From: Kiritimatiellia bacterium
Lineage (GTDB): Bacteria; Verrucomicrobiota; Kiritimatiellia; CAIVKH01
Length of the DNA: 64,000 nucleotides
Reading direction: 5' to 3'
Assembly (NCBI GenBank): GCA_027493775.1
Contig: JAOSKE010000002.1
Span: 407,435 to 471,434 of the forward strand
Shown here in pieces: positions 58,984 through 64,000 of the stretch. Within the stretch, counting starts at the first letter, position 1. The number at the start of each line of letters is the position of its first letter. Both the position numbers and the translations under genes were made by a program. The notes below the pieces were generated by a model that saw nothing but the letters and a program-made list of their open reading frames with translations, had not been told where the DNA came from and searched no databases.

Positions 58984-61936
58984 ATGGCTATTCGTATTGA
59001 GGTCGGACTTCGTGACGGTGTGCCGGATGCGCGAGGGGCGGGGGTGGCTGCGGGGGCGCGCGAGGTGTTGGGGGCGCGGGTGGAGCGGTGCGCAGTGCGG
59101 GAATTTTTCTTAATCGAAGGGGCGTTGTCGCCCGCCGAAGTTGAGTTGGTGCGGGGCGCATTTGTTGATCCGGTCACACAAGTGGCAGCGGTGGATCGGC
59201 TCCCTGCCCCATCGGATTTTTCCTACGCGCTGGAGGTGGGGCTGAAGCCAGGGGTGACGGACAATCTGGGCCGGACGGCGGCGACGGTGATCGGCGACAC
59301 GTTGGGGCGCGAGGTGGCAGGTTGCGAGGTGTTCACCGGAACTCAGTATTTCCTGTGGGGTGAGGTGTCGCGTGAGGAGGCGGAGCGGATCGGATGGGAG
59401 TTGTTGGCGAATCGGCTGATTCAAACGGTAGGCGTATTTTCGGGCCGAGAGTGGGTTGTGCGCGCTGTCGGGCGCGATGCGCCGCTGGTGCGGGAAAAGA
59501 GTGCGGTGGAGGCGCGCACATTCGATCTGGAGGTGAGCGACGAGGCGCTACTGGAGATCAGTCGCAAGGGCGTGTTGTCGCTGTCGCTAGAGGAAATGCG
59601 CGCGATTCGGGAATATTACCGGAACGAGGCGGTGCGCGGGGCGCGCGTGGCTGCGGGGCTGCCGGAGTGTCCGACGGACGTGGAGCTGGAGTGTATTGCG
59701 CAGACGTGGAGCGAGCACTGCAAGCACAAGATTTTTTCGGCGCGCGTGCGATACACGGATGAGCACGGCGAGACGCGGGTGATTGATTCGCTATTCAAGA
59801 CGTTCATCAAGGCGGCAACGGCCGAGGTCGGGCGTCGAGTGGATTGGCTGGTATCGGTGTTCAGCGACAACGCGGGGGTCGTGAAATTTAACGAGCGGTG
59901 GAATGTGTTGTTCAAAGTAGAGACGCACAATAGCCCGTCGGCGTTGGACCCGTATGGGGGAGCGATCACCGGAATCGTGGGCGTGAACCGGGATGCGATG
60001 GGGACGGGAGTTGGCGGTGAGATGCTCTGTAATGTGTGGGGATATTGCTTCGGGCCGCCGGATTTCGCGGGAGATTTGCCGGAAGGCTTGATGCATCCGC
60101 GTCGGATTCGCGACGGCGTTCACACGGGGGTGATTGACGGCGGAAATCAGAGTGGGATTCCGTGGGCGCGCGGATGGGAGCTGTTTGACGAGCGATTTCT
60201 GGGAAAGCCGTTGGTGTTCTGCGGAACGGTCGGAAAGCTCCCGGTGACGGTGGGAGGTGAGCCGTCGGAGCGAAAGGAAGCACTGCCGGGCGATTTGATC
60301 GTGCAGGCGGGGGGCGCATTGGGAAAGACGGAATTCACGGGGCAACATTCTCATCCGTTGAGCTGCGCGAGGAATCGCCAGCGCAGGCGGTGCAAATTGG
60401 GGATCCGATTACACAGCGAAAGCTGTACGAATTTTTAGTCGAGGCGCGGGATGCTGGACTGTTTCGGGCAGTGACGGACAATGGCGCAGGCGGATTGAGC
60501 AGCTCGGTCGGTGAGATGTGTACGTTGAGTGGTGGAGCGGAGGTGGATTTGACAGAGGCACCGCTAAAGTATGAAGGGCTGCAACCGTGGGAGATTTTTC
60601 TTTCTGAAGCACAGGAGCGGATGACGCTGGCGGTGCCGCCGGAGAAATGGAAGGCGTTTGCAACATTGGCGCGGCGTCGGGATGTGGAGGTTGCGCGGCT
60701 CGGACATTTCACGGGTTCGGGGCAATTGCGGATATGGTATCAGGGGCGACTATACGGGGCGCTGGCGCTGGAGTTTCTGCACGAAGGTTGTCCACGAATG
60801 GAGATTCCCGCAGTGTGGTCGGCGCCGCGCGTGGCAGCGCCACCGCCACTGCCAGAGGGAGACTGCCCCGAGTGGGTCGTGCGCGTGTTGGAGGCGCTGA
60901 ACATTCGCTCAACGGAAGAAAAGAGTCGGATGTACGACGGGGAAGTGAAGGGCCTGAGTGTGGTGAAACCCTACGTGGGGGTGCGGAGCGATGTGCCGAG
61001 CGATGCGACAGTGATACGCGTGGAGTACGGCGAACACGAGGGGATCGCGCTGGCCGAGGGCGTGAATCCATTTTTGTCGGATTTGGACACGTACGCGATG
61101 GCCGCATCGGTCGTGGACGAAGGGGCGCGTCGAATTGTCAGCGTGGGCGGGCGCTGGGATCAGATTGCGGGGTTGGACAATTTCTGCTGGCCGGACCCGG
61201 TGCTGTCCGAGGGGACGCCCGACGGGCCGTATAAGATGGCGCAGTTGGTGCGGGCAAATCAGGCGCTGTACGATGTGTGCGTCGCGTACGGAATACCACT
61301 GATCAGCGGCAAGGACAGTATGAAAAACGACTCGGTGCGGGGCGGGCGCAAAATTTCGATCCCCCCACCCTGCTATTTTCGACGATTGGAAAACTGGACG
61401 ATGTGCGAAAGGCAGTAACCATGCCCTTCAAGCGCGCGGGCGATGTTATTTTTGTGCTGGGTCTCACGCGGGACGAATTGGGCGCATCGCTGTTTTATCG
61501 TCTGCGCGCCCGCGCGGCGGCGACGCCGGATCAAATTGGCGGCGCGACACCGGGGTTGGATGTGCACGTCGCAAAGCGGCTGTACGCGGCAATGAACGTG
61601 GCGCAGTCGCGTGGCTTGGTGCGGTCGTGCCATACGCCGACGCGCGGTGGATTGGCCGCTGCATGTTGTCTCGCCGCACACGGCGGCGGGTTGGGCGCGG
61701 AGATTGACTTGGAGCGCGCACCGAACAATGACGTTTCACTGGATGCGTTGTTATTCGCGGAGAGCAACAGTCGTTTTGTCACAACCTGCGCACCGGAATG
61801 CGCGGCGCAGTTCGAAGAAGTCTTCGCGGGCCTGCCGTGTGCGCGCGTGGGATTTGTTTCAGCGGAGCCGGAGGTGGCCGTGAGGTATGCGGGCCGCGAG
61901 GTCTTCCGTTGGCGCGAGGCGAACAGCGCTCGATAA
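58984..61936 (+). CDS. purL: phosphoribosylformylglycinamidine synthase PurS-PurL fusion; two frameshifts (G-run 60309-60314, C-run 61361-61366)
   Basis: PurS-like N-terminus (MAIRIEVGLRDGVPDARG...), then PurL AIRS domains. The frame changes at ...IVQAGG/RIGKDGIHGATFSSVELREE... and again at ...KISIPP/TLLFSTIGKLDDVRKA...; the three ORF-track pieces 58966-60438, 60390-61418 and 61277-61936 join into ~984 aa. Confidence 0.8.
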
Positions 61937-61940
61937 AAAT

Positions 61941-62741
61941 ATGAAACCTACGATCTTGATTATTACCGGCTACGGGCTGAACTGCGAGGGGGAGTCGGAG
62001 TATGCGTGGCAGTTGGCGGGGGCTGAGCCTCGGCGAATGCACGTGAATGATTTGTTGGCAAATCCTGCGCCGCTGCGCGATACGGCAGGCTTGATGCTTG
62101 GGGGCGGGTTCTCGTTTGGCGATCACTTGGGATCGGGATTGGTCTTTGCGAATCGGCTGAAGACAAAATTGCGTGATGAACTGCAATCGTTTTTGGAGCG
62201 CGGTCGGATTGTGCTGGGGATCTGCAATGGGTTTCAGATTTTGACGAAGCTGGGAATGCTGCCGGGGTTGAATGGAGACTATTTTGCACCGACGGTTTCG
62301 TTGCAACAAAACGAGTGCGGACGGTTTCAGAATTTCTGGGTGAAGCTGAAGTTCGAGTCGGAGAGCCGGTGTATTTTCACACAGGGCTTGGGCGAGATGG
62401 AGGTTCCGATTCGACACGGTGAAGGTCGAATTTTTCCGGCGGACGCAAAGGTATTGCGGGAGCTGGAGGAGAAGAAACTGGTTCCATGTCGCTATGTGAA
62501 TCCCACCACAGGCGAGCCGACGCAGGAGTTCCCGTACAATCCGAACGGATCGGTGAATGCGATCGCGGGGTTGTGCGATGAGACCGGGCGGGTGTTCGGG
62601 TTGATGCCCCACCCCGAAGCACATTTATTTCCCGAAAATCATCCGCAGTGGGACTTCAAAAAAGCCAGTGGCACGTTGCCGGAGCACGGAGCGGGGCTGG
62701 CGATTTTTAAGAACGCGGTCGCTTATCTGAAATCTGCGTGA
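61941..62741 (+). CDS. purQ: phosphoribosylformylglycinamidine synthase glutaminase subunit
   Basis: MKPTILIITGYGLNCEGE..., catalytic Cys in GICNGFQIL, His near the C-terminus (GLMPHPE). Confidence 0.9.
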   Translation: MKPTILIITGYGLNCEGESEYAWQLAGAEPRRMHVNDLLANPAPLRDTAGLMLGGGFSFGDHLGSGLVFANRLKTKLRDELQSFLERGRIVLGICNGFQILTKLGMLPGLNGDYFAPTVSLQQNECGRFQNFWVKLKFESESRCIFTQGLGEMEVPIRHGEGRIFPADAKVLRELEEKKLVPCRYVNPTTGEPTQEFPYNPNGSVNAIAGLCDETGRVFGLMPHPEAHLFPENHPQWDFKKASGTLPEHGAGLAIFKNAVAYLKSA

Positions 62742-63836
62742 TCACCACGGAAGCGTTTTCGGCGTAAAGCGGTCGTTCTCGGTTCCCATACCGCCGAGTT
62801 TTGATGCGGGCGCCTCCGCACTAATCGGCGTAGTGGGCAGGGAGACCGACGCGGGCTTGATGTCCACTGCCGGTGAATCCAGCGGGCCGACCGAGAAGGG
62901 TTTGAATCCGCCGAAATCGCTGACGGCAGCGCTGCTCGAAAAGAGACTTCCGGGACTTTCCGTGTTGAAGCGTTCCGTCTTGAAGCGGTCTCCATCGCCA
63001 AATCGCGCATCCGGCGCAGCGACCGGTGTTGGCGCGGGGATATCGCGTGGCGCATCGCGCAGAGTTGGAGATACAGCGGAGAGATCGAAGAGCGACGGCG
63101 TTGCGGCGAGCTCCGCTGCGAAGCTTGGGCTATCCCAGACACCAGAACCCGAAGGAGCTGACCAGTCTGTTCCTGCGGAAATATCCTGTTGCGCGGCGCC
63201 GAGGAGATTCCGGTCAGCCTTTGGCGTGACATCGCTCGCCTGCTGCGCATCGTTCTGCGAGTCGCCGAGCCAACCAAGCGCCGGCTCGCTAATCACTGCG
63301 CGGGAACTGGATTGGTTTGTGGCTGATACCGAAGACGGGTCATCGTACGCGGTAGTCATTCGATTGGTCTGAAAATCTGTGCGTCCTGAATCGTTGTTAT
63401 CTCGGCCATTCGCCGAGCGATCATCTTCATCCTGTTGCATCGCGCGTGCGGCAAGGTTGCTTGCCATGCCATCGGCAAGCCAGCCCCAACCCGATCCGGC
63501 TTTGTTCGACAGCGAATTGTCGCGCAGCCCTAAAAATGGGTCGATTCGGTCGAAGGTTGAGTAGTCGCTTCGGCTGTCCGGATTTTGCGCAGTCGGCTGG
63601 ATAATCATCGGGATAACCCGCGTGACACCCTCCACCGCAGGCGCCTCACGCGTCGTCGGCGCTTGATCGTCTGGAATAGCCGCCGGCTTTGGCGACGCGA
63701 CCGAGAGCGGCGCATCATACAGTTGCGCACGACCGCTATAATTCGCAGGCGGCCTTTCCCTCTTCTGCGTCCCCTGCCCCATCGCCACACCAGCGAACAG
63801 AGCGAGTGCAAACGCTATGGAGCAAGTTCGAAACAT
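62742..63836 (-). CDS. hypothetical secreted low-complexity (Ser/Asp/Ala/Pro-rich) protein
   Basis: Signal peptide MFRTCSIAFALALFAGVAMG followed by low-complexity sequence; no recognised domain. Confidence 0.4.
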   Translation of the reverse strand: MFRTCSIAFALALFAGVAMGQGTQKRERPPANYSGRAQLYDAPLSVASPKPAAIPDDQAPTTREAPAVEGVTRVIPMIIQPTAQNPDSRSDYSTFDRIDPFLGLRDNSLSNKAGSGWGWLADGMASNLAARAMQQDEDDRSANGRDNNDSGRTDFQTNRMTTAYDDPSSVSATNQSSSRAVISEPALGWLGDSQNDAQQASDVTPKADRNLLGAAQQDISAGTDWSAPSGSGVWDSPSFAAELAATPSLFDLSAVSPTLRDAPRDIPAPTPVAAPDARFGDGDRFKTERFNTESPGSLFSSSAAVSDFGGFKPFSVGPLDSPAVDIKPASVSLPTTPISAEAPASKLGGMGTENDRFTPKTLPW

Positions 63837-63969
63837 AGTGCGATTGTACTCGCGCACAGAGCGGATGCAACCGCGCAGAAATCCCACCCGCTCCGCCCGA
63901 TTTTGGGCTTCCGTTCCTCTTCAACTTCTGGGTATATGATTTGCGTCGGACTGTTCCAGTCCAAGCAAC

Positions 63970-64000
63970 GGAGAGGTGGCCGAGTGGTTTAAGGCGCACG
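63970..64000 (+). tRNA. tRNA, 5' part only (truncated by window end; tRNA-Ser-like start)
   Basis: GGAGAGGTGGCCGAGTGGTTTAAGGCGCACG matches the acceptor and D-arm of a type-II tRNA; the anticodon is beyond the window. Confidence 0.6.

Noticed and set aside
559-61366. Programmed ribosomal frameshifting as the explanation for the split genes
   Set aside because: Sites lack slippery heptamer plus downstream structure, shifts go in both directions, and they affect many unrelated genes; random indel error is far more parsimonious.
1-64000. Search for CRISPR arrays, transposases, integrases, toxin-antitoxin pairs and phage genes
   Set aside because: No direct-repeat/spacer arrays and no ORF with recognisable transposase, integrase, restriction-modification or phage-structural motifs were seen; the window looks like core chromosome.

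Overview
High-GC (~60%) bacterial chromosomal window of about 57 protein genes, one complete tRNA-Asp(GTC) and a partial tRNA at the 3' edge. No CRISPR array, transposase, integrase or phage gene was recognised. Gene content (LL-diaminopimelate aminotransferase DapL, a Chlamydia-style V-type ATPase operon, a Minf_1886-like protein) suggests a PVC-superphylum-like organism, but this is inference from memory of those families. The most notable region is a ~17.7-kb catabolic island (2806-20536) resembling the poorly understood E. coli ygeW-ygeY-yqeA and ygfK-ssnA-ygfM-xdhD loci (selenium-dependent molybdenum hydroxylase type), with an added MoaD/ThiS-like carrier, a TrpB-like and a ThrC-like PLP enzyme, and an L-serine dehydratase. 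The rest is housekeeping: sppA, an M16 peptidase, three tandem Hsp20 genes behind a sigma-54-type promoter, alaS, proBA, dapL, an RpiB-SHMT fusion ORF, purD, argF-like, pyrB, purSL and purQ. At least 16 genes are split by single-nucleotide or GC-dinucleotide indels, mostly in homopolymer runs, so the supplied ORF track fragments them; I report the reconstructed full spans. Two intergenic loci carry the same pair of 15-bp palindromes (TTCCAA-N3-TTGGAA) at identical 32-bp spacing, a candidate operator. All calls rest on motif recognition by eye; no database search was run.
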